A DNA stretch of 64,000 nucleotides, from positions 682,001 through 746,000 of the forward strand of contig OZ218955.1 in assembly GCA_965112735.1 (NCBI GenBank). The letters run 5' to 3'. Of the stretch, positions 22,019 to 34,181 are shown one piece after another; position 1 is the first letter of the stretch; every line of letters begins with the position of its first letter. A program made the translations under genes and the position numbers. The notes under the pieces were generated by a model. The model was given only the letters and a program-made list of their open reading frames with translations. It had not been told where the DNA came from and searched no databases. Source of the stretch: Phaeosaccion multiseriatum (Eukaryota > Protista > Ochrophyta, other classes).

Positions 22019-23317
22019 TTATCTAGGCGACACCTTATAGAAGGAGGGGTCAAGGTCTCGAATGTAGTAAATCTTGGACCTGCGGACCCGCTTCCCCAAC
22101 TTCTTGCCGCGGTGAATGAAGGACTTTTGCAGCACTTTGACCTCCGAAATAAGGGGTGAGTACACAGGGACCCTCCTCTCTACCTTGGTGTTGTACAAAT
22201 AGTCCAGCAGCAGTACCGTCGTCGCCAACCCCTTCCTGCTCGTCCCCAGCACCACTCCCCTCACAGGGGAAGGGCGAAGGGCACTCATGTGAGTCTTCAT
22301 CCAGATTTCCAGCGCGTCGCCAGTATTGTACTTGGGCCATACGACATTCCTCTCCACCCTCTGTTGTTCCGCCTCTTCTACGCACTCCTGCTGCAGAGTG
22401 GCCAGCATCTTCGACGCTCTGAGAGTGCACGAGACGGAGGGAGAGAGAGAGAGATGCGCAGTAAAGCGAAGGATTAAAAGGCGGCGAAAGGGTGTGACAA
22501 GGGCCCGAGGGATAGAAGGAGGGGCAGCGGTCCAGCAGATAAATACCAGTGGGTTGATATATTAGTGCGAGCCGTGGCGAAGGACAAGGGAAAGGAGGAG
22601 AACCGCTAACGCGAGCGTTTTGTAAGACGCAGAAACACACAGCAGTGTACAATAAGGCATGAGGGGGGCGGGTCCGGCGACGACGGAGGTGGGGTACAAC
22701 GAAGAAGGGCTAGTCGGTCTGGTGGGGGGACACGAAAGTGGCATTGCCGGGGATAGAAACTAGTGACAGTGGCATATACCCAAACAACACAACGAACGCT
22801 CGTCGCCCGAGTGAGAGCTTCCATCCTCGCTATCATAGATCGGCCCCTCTCGTGCGATGAGTGAGTAGCCTCACCTCTTCTGTGGTCGACGGTGTTTGCG
22901 CCGGCCTGAAGGGTCAGCCGGAGCCTCCTTCCCTGCGCCTCTTGCTGCAGTGGGAGCGGCCGCTTCCTCTACCTCCCCTTTTGTCGAGCTTTCTGTTACG
23001 TCTCCATGTCCCTGTTCCTGCTCCCCTGGCTGCTGCTGCTGTTGCTCCTCCTCCTTTTCCTCCCCGGCAGTGGTGCTGAGTCTCATCCTCCCCCCCACTG
23101 CCCCTTCCCATGTACCGCAGCTGCTGCTGCTGGTGCTCCTCCTCCGCGCTACCACTGAGTTCGGTACCACTGCTGCCTTCACTGCCGTACTGATCCTCTT
23201 GCTCCCACCAATGGCCACTGCAGGGACAGCCCCAGCTGCTGCTACTTGCCGCGCTCCTAATGCTGCTCTCGTTCTCGAAGCCGCCCTCCCCGCCACTGAG
23301 GCGAACGAGGAAAGCAT
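22019..23317 (-). CDS. MRPL19: Mitochondrial ribosomal protein bL19
   Basis: Exons 23317-22875 and 22418-22019. Arg/Ala/Ser-rich presequence MLSSFASVAGRAASR. L19 motifs: GDALEI, GVVLG, VERRVPVYSPLISEVKV, VRRSKIYYIRD. Confidence 0.88.
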
Positions 23318-24015
23318 GGCGCCCAGGCTCCTTCCGTTCCGGAACCTACCGCGCCCGCCCTAGATCTGTGCAGCAGAATTTACAATACAATCAGGGCGCC
23401 GCGCCTCTCGATCTACGACTTGATGGGCTCCCTCTCCTCGGGGCTTGGATACCCTTACGTAAGTTGGAAGTCAACAAAATAGGTATGCGGTATGCGGCCC
23501 GCCTTACATCGGAAAACGACCCAGCGTGCGGATGGCCCCCAGCTTCTCGGCTTTCGGCCGCAGGCCGCCTGTGGCTTCTGCTTATCGGGGGGCAGAGAAA
23601 CCTCGCCTGGGGTCGACCTTTGAGAAGGAGACGCACAGACAACAACAAAAAATACAAAGACACCAGGCACAAGCGAGACTAGACCGACAGACGCCCTCGT
23701 CTCGCTGCACCAGTATGTACAAAACTTGGATTTAGATATATCGTTCCGCCTCTATAAACCCACCGCACGCAACCCTACACCCCTATGTCCCGCAGCTGGC
23801 TTCACGACAGCACGCTGCCTCTCTTTCAGCAAGGGAGGAGACGTCCGGAGTAAAGCCAACCCCGGTGGGGGGGGCGTGAGGAGATGCTTGCTCGATAAAT
23901 GGCGCGTGCTGAATGAAGCGCTGGTGTCGCCTTCTCAACCACCCCCGCCCGAAAAGAAGTAATAAAATAACGCAGCAGATCACAGGAGAGCACAGCCGAA
24001 GAGAGCTGTGACCGC

Positions 24016-25898
24016 CTAAGGGAAGCTGTAAGGCAGGATGTGGAGGGCGTCGTTGATGATGTACGGGTGTCCGTCGAGCTTCTCGTGCACCTGGAGAGAG
24101 AGGGTGTGTGTGCGTGAGAGAGAGAGAGAGAGGGACGGATCAGCGCGGGGACGAATGATGAGGATCGACACAACAGCCCAGTGAAACGAAGCGACAAACG
24201 ATACGTACGCGACATACATAAACCCCTCGCTTGCTTGACCCTCCACCGTTTGCCTTATACACATCAGGCCGAGACAAGCCCAACCCGTGAGTCGCCCCAA
24301 ACTCCAATAACAAGTCACTTCGAGACTCAGCCAAACTCCGGAGAACCCTGCTCCCAATAGATCGGCCTTCGCTTGCTTACCATGAGAGCGAGGATGCCCA
24401 TCTGCGCGGCTCGGCCGTTGTTCAGCTCAATGGCGCGCTTCTGCATCTTGGTCTCCTGCTCGGCAAAAACAAAGGTGCAATGAGGGGGTTAGAAGGGTGG
24501 CAACACGGGGGAGACGCAGGGAGGAGAGGGGCGGGATGAAGAAGGAAAGGACGCGACAACATAGATACCACTAGTCAGAAAACAACATTCCACCTCCCGC
24601 CTTCTGTGATTCACAACAGAAGGGGAAAAAAACTGCCTACACTCCTTTGACTCTCTCACCTCGGAGAAGGACTCCCACGTCTTGTTGGGCTCGAATCTGT
24701 TCATGTCCCCGGGGAAGGAACCCTCCACCTGCTTCATGACGCCCAGCTCCATGATCATGATGAAGATGAGGATCTGGGTGGTGCCGAAGGCGGGGATCTT
24801 GTCGAAGGCGGCGAAACCGTTGGGCACATCCGAGAACTTGACGTTCTGCGAGATGGACAGGTAGCCGGGCAGGCGCACGTTGTTCTGCACCAAGTGGCCC
24901 AACACGGCAAGCATACTGGCGGATGATGGAGCCAAGGAACGGGTCAGTAATCAATCAGACGTGTGAAAGAAGTGTCAATTCACACAAAGAGAGAGAAACA
25001 CGCCCGCACGCACAAACACATGCACACACCTGATACGTCCGTGCTTGATCTCCACGTAACGCAGTCGGTCGAATCGCTCCTGGTCAGCGTCCTCGAGCAG
25101 GCCCAGGGGGTCCTGATGTGGTCGTGTGTTCGGGTCGGGACGGTTGCAAGGGGGGGGGGTCAGCGGGTAGCGCATAGACAGATGTGAGGTCGAGAGGAGG
25201 GTTGCAAGCACGCCATAAGACCACGCATGCAAAGTTGCAAGTACGGCAAGAGAGGGGAGACTAAACATGAACCAGGAGGAATTGTGCCGCCACACACAGG
25301 CCCTCCTTGCCCACGACCTCCGACCCTTGCAGCACATCAGACTTGCCGCCATCACTCTCGTACTGCATCATCACACGAGCCCAGGTGGGGCAAGCAACTG
25401 AGCCTGTGTCTGTACATTCTGTAACTCCTCTCGGTATCCCTACACACGTATGAGAAAAACATCGGGGGCATTGCAAACTCCGGCAGCAGTATCCACACAA
25501 CAGTACGCACTTGCACAGCCTCTCAACCACGCCAACCGCACCCACTGCTTTGCCTGTGCATATCCACTCTCTACAAGGACATAGTACGCCGAAAACGACC
25601 CACACCAAGGTCTCTGCAGCCCCGCGCACACCCCCATTGCTCTTTTCCTCGCCCATCCCATTATCATCAGAATCTTCGGTATCCCCCTCATCCTCCTCCT
25701 GCGCTGCTGCTGCTCTGCGTGACTTACAAAGAAGCCAAGGGGAGCCTGGGCTCCGAGCTCTGCCTCGAAGGCCATCTTCATGCTGCTCGAGCTCTTGGGG
25801 GCCTTGGCGACCGCAGCGCCGGTGAAAGCGGTGGGTGCCACGAAGGCGGAGGCGCACCCGAGGGTGGCCAGAGTAGCGGCGGCGCAAGCGATCTTCAT
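24016..25898 (-). CDS. LHCF: Fucoxanthin-chlorophyll a/c-type light-harvesting protein (Lhcf family)
   Basis: Exons 25898-25728, 25112-25030, 24915-24660, 24455-24381, 24090-24016. Signal peptide with ASA|FVAP; GAQAPLGFFDPLG, ERFDRLRYVEIKHGRISMLA, KRAIELNNGRAAQMGILALMVHE. Confidence 0.96.
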
Positions 25899-26176
25899 GG
25901 TGTAGAGGAGGTGGAGGATAAAGAGACAAAAACAAAAGAGTGAGTGAGGTCATTTGTTAAGAAAAGATTTCAAACCCCGGGGGGAATCGAGCTATTACAA
26001 CTTTGGAAATCGAGGTCGAGTGAGAAGCTCGACCCATACATACTTTCCCCCCCCCCCCTTTTTTTGACCTGCTACGGCGGGTACGGGTACGTACTATGGT
26101 AGCTCTATTTTTTGAGAGCGATGTTTTCTATTAGAGGGCTGCCTCTCACTTTGTACATCTCTTCTATGATGGAGTC

Positions 26177-29100
26177 TTAGCCCTTCTTGACTGCGGCTGC
26201 TGCAGTCTCTGAGCCGCGATACTGCTCAATGTGGCTATCGTTCTTGCCGGTAAACACCGGCATGTCTTCCTCCTTGCAAGGCGGGGGCGACTCCCTGACG
26301 AGCATAACAGAAGGGCGAGGAAGAGGGGGAGAGGGGGCTTGTCAGATATTAGATCAGCCGAAAGACAGCAAGAGACAGAGGAGGAGGAGGAGGAGGAGGA
26401 GGAGGAGGAGGAGGAGGAGGAGGAGGAGGAGGAAGAAGAAGAGAAGAGGGTGAATGCGTGAGTGGGGGGTAGCTTAACTGGAACCAGGGGTGGGCGAGGG
26501 CCTCCTCCGCCGACAGACGCTTGGCGGGGTCCAGCTCCAGTAGCCGGGTCAGCAGGTCAAAGCCCGAGGGGGTGAGCACCACGCCCCCCCCGGAGAAGCC
26601 CATCATCTTGAACTTGTCCCTCAGCTTGTTCTCCTGTGGGCCTTTCCACTTCATCTTGCTCGCCAAGGGAAGCTTGCTCCAGCCCGGCCATCGCTCTTCA
26701 GTGGGCACCCCTTTTGTTTGGAGAGCGGGCGGGTGGGAGGCCCAATCAATGAGGTACAAAAACAGTTTGTTTCGGGACCGAAAAGTGTGAATAGTGTGAG
26801 CATGATGCAACAGGAGGGGGGGGGCGTGGAGAAGGATATAGCTGTTACAAAGCAGGCACACGCAAAGAGCAGAGGAGCACACACACGCACACACACACAC
26901 ACATCACACCACACACAGAGAGAGAGAGAAAGAGAAAGAGGCATAGACACGCCCCACGCACATAGAGAGAGAGGCACCCCCCTCCCCCAACACACACACA
27001 CACACACAACCGAACTGACTGACCTAATGTCTCGAAGATCTTGCCAAGCTGCTCGAGCTCCGTCTGCGCCTGGAAGGGGGCCTCGAGCAGCAGTAGCTCG
27101 CCGAAGATGCACCCCACGCCCCATATGTCCACAGGGGTGGAGTACGTGCGCTTGCCCAACAGCAGCTCGGGGGGGCGGTACCAGAGAGTCACCACGAGGG
27201 CAGTGTAGGGGCGGATGGGGTCCTCGTATCTGCAGGCAGGGGGAAAGGTGGGGGCGAGGGGTTAGGGGGGTCAGAGGAATGACGGAGCTGTCGGAGGATG
27301 GGTGGCGGTCATTCCCTCCCTTTGCCTTTCTCTCTCTCTCATGATCCTCCCTCCTCTTCCTCCACTTTCTCCTGCCCTCTTCTCTTCTCCTCTTCCGTCC
27401 TTCTCACTCACCTTCGCGCCAGGCCAAAATCGCACACCGCGAGTTTACCCTTTTGATTGTAGAGCAAGTTGGCACTCTTTATGTCCCTGTGAATGTACCA
27501 ATGCCTGTGCAGGTACTCAATGGCCCTGAGAAGCTGCAGCATGAGACACTTTACCTCCGCTGTGGTCCACTTCTGCTGCTTCTTCTTCATCCTCTCCATC
27601 ACCCACTTCAAGTCGTGGTCGAAATATTCCATCACCATGTACACCTTGTTGAGTTTAGCGGGTAGGTGTATGGGGTATGGGGATCAGGAGCACAAACGCC
27701 ACGAATGATTTCCATGATGCAAGTATCGTACGTGTCTTCTTTACACGCACACACACGCACCCACACGCACACACACACGCACCCACACACCCACCTTGTC
27801 TAGTGACGACCCCACCACCATCTCCTTAACGTTGACGATGTTGGGGTGGTGAAGACTGAGCAGCACGTTGGTCTCTCGTAGGGCAGTGATGGGAAAGCCC
27901 TCCTTCTGCTGCTCCTTGGAGATCTTCACGAGCTTCAGAGCCACCACCTCTCCCGTTGTGCGGTTACGTGCACAGTACACCATGCCTGGGAGGGTAGGTA
28001 GGGAGAAGAGGAGAGGGAGGGAGGGAGGGAGGGAGGGAGGGAGGGAGGGAGGGAGGGAGGGAGGGAGGGAGGGAGGGAAGGAGGGAAGGAGGGAGGGAGG
28101 GAGGGAGGGAGGGAGGGGAGGGAGGGAGGGGAGGGAGGGAGGGAGGGAGGGAATGTGTGGGAGGGTGTGGGTATGTCCGTGAGTGAATGAGTGAGCGAGT
28201 GTGTGAGTGAGTGAGCGAGTGATTTGGTGAGTGATGTGGTGAGTGAGTGAGTGAGTGAGTGAGTGAGTTACACTTTTTAGAATTCTGGCTTGCTCACTCG
28301 TGTGTGAGCGGGTCGAAGAAGTATGATCAACAGATGGTCTGGGGGCCACTTTTGCTGCCGCCTTTCGCCTGCCGTGTCACCAACTGTTGCCGCTTCTCGT
28401 ACTCACCGTAGGCGCCCTCATCGATGTAATTGATGCGCTGGTACTGGTCGACGCTTCGACAGCCCTGCAACAGCGGGTTATACAAGTCCACCGCAACAGG
28501 CGCAGACCCGCTTGCCACCGGAGTGGAGCCGGGCGAGGAAGGAGGGACTGGACTGCTGTGCCCGCCACGCCCGTTTGCGTTACTGTCTTGCGCCCCCCCC
28601 CCTGCTGCTTCTAACGCTGCTGCTGCCTTTGTTCCATTACTACTCCTACTGCTACTACTAATACTACTACCTATGACACTATCTACGACACTGCTGTCAC
28701 CCAGGCCCTTCAGTGCCCCCGACGCCCTCTTCAACCGCTGCTTCATCCCCCTCTCTGCTGCATCGAGCCTCTCCGCTAAGGACTGTTTGCTTGACGGGCC
28801 CGAGTTCCCTTTGGAAGCAGCAGCTGCAGAGGACGAAGACAGCGACCGAGGCACCATCAGGGTCTTGGTGGGAACGGCCTTCCTGTCGCCTCCCGCTCCC
28901 TTGTCGCTTTTGCTGCTGCCCAACTGCGCTCCTGTTTCTAAAGATGCTTTTTCTTTTGCTTTGCTCCCCACCACTTCACCATCCTCCATGGCAACTCCAT
29001 CAGCTCCCCCTTGCTGCTGCGGTTCCCCTGCTGCTCCTATTGTCTCCTTGTTTTCCTTCGGCGATGCTTCCTCTCTGGGCTTCTTCGAGGCTGAACCTGC

Positions 29101-29349
29101 TCCTCCCTTCCCTACTTCTCCAGCCCCCCCCCCTGCTGCTGCACAACCTTCATTTCCTGCTGATGACGTTGGCGATGATGCTGCCTGTCCCCCCTCTCCT
29201 GCCGAGACTGATCCCCCACCCCTCGACGCCACCGCTGCCCCTGCTGTAGCTGCTGCTCCTCCACCTTTCTTTAATGCTATTGGCGCCTTATCATCTCCCT
29301 CCCCATCCTCCGAGTCACTACTTGCCCAGCGGTCCCTCTTCTTGGACAT
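26177..29349 (-). CDS. CDK11: Cyclin-dependent kinase, CDK11/CDKG-like, with a long low-complexity N-terminus
   Basis: Exons 29349-28407, 27985-27795, 27644-27412, 27229-27024, 26710-26479, 26294-26177. Motifs: [71 protein letters not shown]. Confidence 0.88.
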
Positions 29350-29842
29350 TGCCGCTCACACAGCAGCAGCAAGCTCGCCTCCGCCGTTGGCCAAAATCTT
29401 TCACCCTTCCCTCTTCAGCTGTTGCCGGCCCTCTGTCGCGAGCCGTCTCGCTTCGGGCACTGCTCCCTTGACCCACCTTCCGACGAGAACGACGGCAGCG
29501 ACGCACCTGTGCGAGCAGGACCCACAGAAGGAGGGGATATTGAGCTACTATCGCAGAGAGGATGGCAGCAAACGGCTTCATCCTCCACTTCCACCCCCTT
29601 CTTCTTACAAACACCATCCGCTCTGAGTACCGCAGAAGGAGGAACGCGGGAGCTGAGAAGCAGCAGCAGAGGTAGAGCACAGCAGGGTGAAATGGCCAGG
29701 GGAGATCGTTGACGAAGCACCAAGGAGGATGGAGAGGAGAAACGGGAGAGAGTAGTTGAGAGGGAAGTGGAAGAAAGACGAAAAAACCTACAACAGCTGC
29801 AGGAGGGGAACTCGGAGGGAACGAGACAGCAGACAGGCAGGC

Positions 29843-29883
<41 letters not shown>

Positions 29884-29916
29884 CGACACGACAAGCGCAC
29901 TAGTGGGGAAGGAAAG

Positions 29917-31344
29917 ATGGCGCCCCCTTCGTCCGAAAGGCTTCGCTCGTCCTTGTCCTCCCTGCAGGACAAGCGCGGGCAGGTGGACGACGTGGTCAAG
30001 TACTGTCAGGACTCATACCTAGAGCCGTCTGCGGACAAGCGGCGCGTATGGCAGCAGACAGAAACGTACCTCAGGGACGCCCTCGAGTCCGTCATGGTGG
30101 ACATTGAGGGCGTGGCGAAGGAGCTGGGCGCGGTGGTGGAGGCGCAAGCGGTGGAGTTGGACAGGGTAGGGAAGAGCGTTGTCGTGGCCAAGAGAGGGCT
30201 AAAGCAACAGCAGGATGCACTGGCGGCGGGGAAGCTGGCGGAGCAAATGTATACCGTAGAGCGGGCGCCTGCGCGGCAGAAAGTAGTCCAGCTCCGGGAG
30301 AGTGAGCGACCCGACATCTGCCGATCAATGCCACCGCACCAGAGAATACCCTTGCGAGAGAGGCTGAAGACGCCTTTCCAGCAGGTGGCTGCGGGGGGCG
30401 TAGGAGGTGCCAACGGGGGGGGCAAGAGAGGAAGCGCTGCCGCAACCGGTGGAGGTGGGGCCCGCAATGGCGGTGGTGCGCTTGACCCGTTCCAATCGCT
30501 CATCAAGGGCGATGAGCTGCTCATGGGGGATGACGACGACGACGATGACGATGACGGCGCTTTTATGGGCATGGACTTTGGCACCATGGACGTAAACGGG
30601 AAACTGAACAGTATGTCAACCATGTCCATGTCGAACGCCTCCTCCTCCGCCGGGGGCGGGGCACTGGGTGCGTCTGGCAATCTCACCTCCAGCAGGGACA
30701 GCAGCAGTGGTGGGGGAGGAGGAGGGGGCGACGACAGTGGCGGTAACGGAGGTGGCGGTGCTCGAGGAGGGCGAAGGAGCAGCATCGCAGCGGGTGAAGG
30801 GCGGGGTAGTGGGGCTGGGGGTGGGGCTTCTTCCATGGGCGACACCGGACGGCGAGCTTCTTCGCCTAACCAGACCCTCCCCCGACCGGCTCCAGCGATG
30901 TTTTCCGCACCGAAGCCGACTACTTCGTTGGCTCCTCAGCGCTTCGTATCCAACGCTCCGACCGCCGGTGCGGGGGGACGGAGGTCATCGTCAGCAGCAG
31001 GAGGACCACCCCCGCTTCTCTCCCGCAGCTCTGGCGCGCCACCTCCTTCGTTCAGCAGAGGGGCGAATTCTACATCTGCATCCACCACGCCCCCACCCCC
31101 ACCTTCACAGCTCGCCCCTCCTCTTCCACCCTCCTCCTCCTCTCGACCTGCCCCTCCACCCCCCCCTCCTCCCCTGAGCCAGGCTGGGCCCGCCAGCGAT
31201 GCTCCTCCTCCCCCCCGACCTCCCCCTCCTCCTCCTCCTCCTTCACGAGCGTCTGGCACTGCCCCACCCCCTCCTCCCCCACCTCTCAGCTCACGATCTG
31301 GCGCCCCTCCCCCTCCTCCACCCCCGCCACCTCCTAAGAACTGA
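29917..31344 (+). CDS. ABI: ABI (Abl-interactor)-like SCAR/WAVE complex subunit with proline-rich C-terminus, no SH3
   Basis: Single exon. VVKYCQDSY..DKRRVWQQTETYLRDALESV..I..A..QA..L.R matches the ABI N-terminal WAVE-binding/coiled-coil pattern (VAEYCENNY..DKRKALEETK.Y..SLASV); poly-Pro tail. Confidence 0.7.
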   Translation: MAPPSSERLRSSLSSLQDKRGQVDDVVKYCQDSYLEPSADKRRVWQQTETYLRDALESVMVDIEGVAKELGAVVEAQAVELDRVGKSVVVAKRGLKQQQDALAAGKLAEQMYTVERAPARQKVVQLRESERPDICRSMPPHQRIPLRERLKTPFQQVAAGGVGGANGGGKRGSAAATGGGGARNGGGALDPFQSLIKGDELLMGDDDDDDDDDGAFMGMDFGTMDVNGKLNSMSTMSMSNASSSAGGGALGASGNLTSSRDSSSGGGGGGGDDSGGNGGGGARGGRRSSIAAGEGRGSGAGGGASSMGDTGRRASSPNQTLPRPAPAMFSAPKPTTSLAPQRFVSNAPTAGAGGRRSSSAAGGPPPLLSRSSGAPPPSFSRGANSTSASTTPPPPPSQLAPPLPPSSSSRPAPPPPPPPLSQAGPASDAPPPPRPPPPPPPPSRASGTAPPPPPPPLSSRSGAPPPPPPPPPPKN

Positions 31345-31961
31345 GCGAAGCGAGAAGTGGATGTGTGTGTTGGAGGGGGGCGGGGGGGGGAGGGATGGGA
31401 AATCCCTCCTGTGCCCTAGCCCTCTTCTCCAAATGCCAAGCATTGGTGCTGGTCAGTGACTCCGAGAGAGAGAGAGGGCGAGAGAGCCAAGGCTTGGTTG
31501 TGGACAGATCTCTCTCTGCTGGGCGGCCACAGCAGCGGCGGTGGGCAGAGGGCCTCGGAGTGAGGTGTGGAGACATGATATTGGGTGGAGATATCGGGCA
31601 GCTTTGCAGGCTCGAACAGGGCTCCTCACATGTACCCACCTAAGCAGCACCCTGGGCCAGGGAGACAGGGCGGATGCTACGCACAGCTCTTGCAGCCAAG
31701 GCTAGCTCCAGCTAGATGGATGTACGGGTGGATGGATGGATGGATGGATGGATGGATGGATGGGGGCGCCACGTAGGGGAGCAGCAGGCAGGCAGGAAGG
31801 CAGGCAGGCAGGCAGACACCGACTAGGAGACTCAATTACATTAATGTCGACCTCTCCAGCCTCAACTTTTCGATGCAGGCTCATTTCCAGTCATATGGGC
31901 GAAAAGGTGTCAGGACGGATACCTCTCATAGCACCCGCAAAGGCAAAAAGAAGAGGAGAAG

Positions 31962-33249
31962 ATGATGAGGGATGTGGTGGTCGCGGCCGTGGTTGCAGTG
32001 GCGTGCTTGGTGTCCCACGCGAGCGCCTTCATGACAGGTCCCTCTTTTATGACTGGCAGCATGAGCATGGGGCTTCGCATGCCCATGGCGAGCCGAGACG
32101 TAGGAGGCGGAGCATCCGCAACCCCCACAGCAGTACGGAGAGCAAGAGCGCAGAGCGGGGCATCATCGCTGGTGATGATGCCTATCGGTGTGCCCAAGGT
32201 GGCCTACAGAGTGCCAGGGGCGCAGAGCGCGGACTGGGTAGATATCTACAACCGCTTGTACAGAGAGAGGATCATCTTTCTCGGGCAGGAGATTGACGAC
32301 GAGCTCGCTAACCAAATCATCGGGGTACTGCTGGTGCGTGGATTCAAGTGAAGTGGGCTCATGTCCCTGGTGGTTGGCCGGAGGGTAGAGGCATAGGCGC
32401 CCGTGCTGCTCGAGTGCGCGAAGCCACATATCTAAGAGGAGGGGGCGTGGGTCGTGTGATGCAATTTGGCGGCGGGACCGACAAAGCCTTCTGGAAACAA
32501 GGAGAGCTAGGGAGGGGAGGCTTTGTGTGTTGCTGCTCTCTCTTGTCTTATTGTTGGTTGCGCTGCGTTCTGTTTCTGACGCAGCTTCGCTGCAGAAGCT
32601 GCAGAAGCTGCTGCTGCTATCAGCCTTTCCAAGCCCCTTTCACCAATTCCTCCCTCGCATCTTTATCTCATTACTGCATCTGTCATGTGCGTGCCTCGCC
32701 CTCCTCCTTCGCTCCTCTGCCATGCTCAAATCCGCCCCCACTTTCATTGCGCATCACCTCATGATCCTTCCTCATTCCTCGCTCTCTCTCCTCTCTTCCT
32801 TCCCTTTTCAGTTCCTTGACTCGGAGGACAGCTCGAGGCCCATTTACCTCTACATCAACTGCCCCGGAGGGTCTGTGATTGCAGGGTTAGCAATGTACGA
32901 CACCATCCAACACATCGAGTCGGAGGTGGTGACCATTAACGTCGGACTCGCAGCTTCAATGGCGTCCTTTATCCTCGCCGCGGGGCAAAAGGGAAAGCGT
33001 ATGGCCCTCCCCCACTCGCGAGTCATGATCCATCAGCCCATGGGCGGAGCTCAAGGGCAGGCAGAGGATATTAAGGTGGAGGCCTCGCAGATTATGCGCA
33101 TCCGAGACAACATTGTCAAGATGTATGCCATGATGAGTGGACAGACGCAGGAGAAGGTGACGGATGCGCTGGATAGGGATAACTTTATGAGCGCAGATGA
33201 GGCGCTGGAATTTGGCATTGTCGACACCATTGTAGAGCTCAGGGAATAG
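31962..33249 (+). CDS. clpP: Plastid-targeted ATP-dependent Clp protease proteolytic subunit
   Basis: Exons 31962-32333 and 32812-33249. Presequence ASA|FM; [28 protein letters not shown]; triad AASMA/MIHQP/RDNF. Confidence 0.95.
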
Positions 33250-34181
33250 ATACGAGAGGAGAGAATAGGTGGGTGCAAAGACGGAGGAGGAGGAAGACGA
33301 AGGATAGAGAGAGGGTGCTCGGAGCAAGCGATTGGAGGAAGGAAGGAAGGAAGGAAGGAAAAGGTATGGGCTACGACGAGTACTTTCTCTGTGGCCCCAC
33401 TGGTTGGGGGGTGGCGGAGGCCCATGTCCTGCCAGCAGCAGCCAAGGCCACATGTTGGGGGAAGGCCTCGGCATGTTGACTGGGGCGGTGGACGGAGCCG
33501 TCTTGTTTCTTCCTTCCCTCCGTCTGCGGGCTCCCTGCCCTGGGGTGGAGTCGGGGGGAGCTCTGCATATGGGACGCACCAATCCTTGCGTGTGGGTGTG
33601 GGCGTGTGTGTGTGTGTATGTGTGGGTGTGGGTGTGGGTGTGCACTCCAGAGCTCTGGGGAGGGCGCGTGCTGCGGCGGGGGCGGCAGCAAGAGAAGCAG
33701 GGGCGGCGGGGGGGGGAGGCGTCGTTGACCTGACATGAGAGAGGGAAGGAAGCACATCACAGCATGGCTCACGTGGGATGTGTCGAAAGACAGGCGCCAC
33801 AAGAGGATAACGCAGTAAACGGTCTTTTTGCACGGCCTGTGCTGGCCCAGTAGGTGACGACGAAGGGCAAGGGACCGCAGTCTTCGTGTAGTGGGGGCAC
33901 TTGCTGTCCCGATTTTGAATGCACGACCTCAAAACGAGTCTTACTCTTGCGGGATTCAAATCCGTCAATACATTAGGTAGTCAACTTAATTTCGGGGGGG
34001 AGAAGAAGTCAAATTGTGTTCTTCACCACACACACATTTAGGGACGGTGGGCGCCTACTTACGCACTTGTCACATACACAGAGAATTACATTGACCGAGG
34101 TCTGACCTCGTAATGCTATGCACCCCCTCTTCTCCTCCTCCTCCCCGCCTCCCCACCTCTCCTCTCCCCAACTCAACTCCT

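Noticed and set aside
27860-27910. CDK9 call based on the PITALRE motif
   Set aside because: The remaining signature (GCRSV, EGx[16 protein letters not shown], YTxxVVTLWY, C-terminal P..MPxF) fits CDK11/CDKG.
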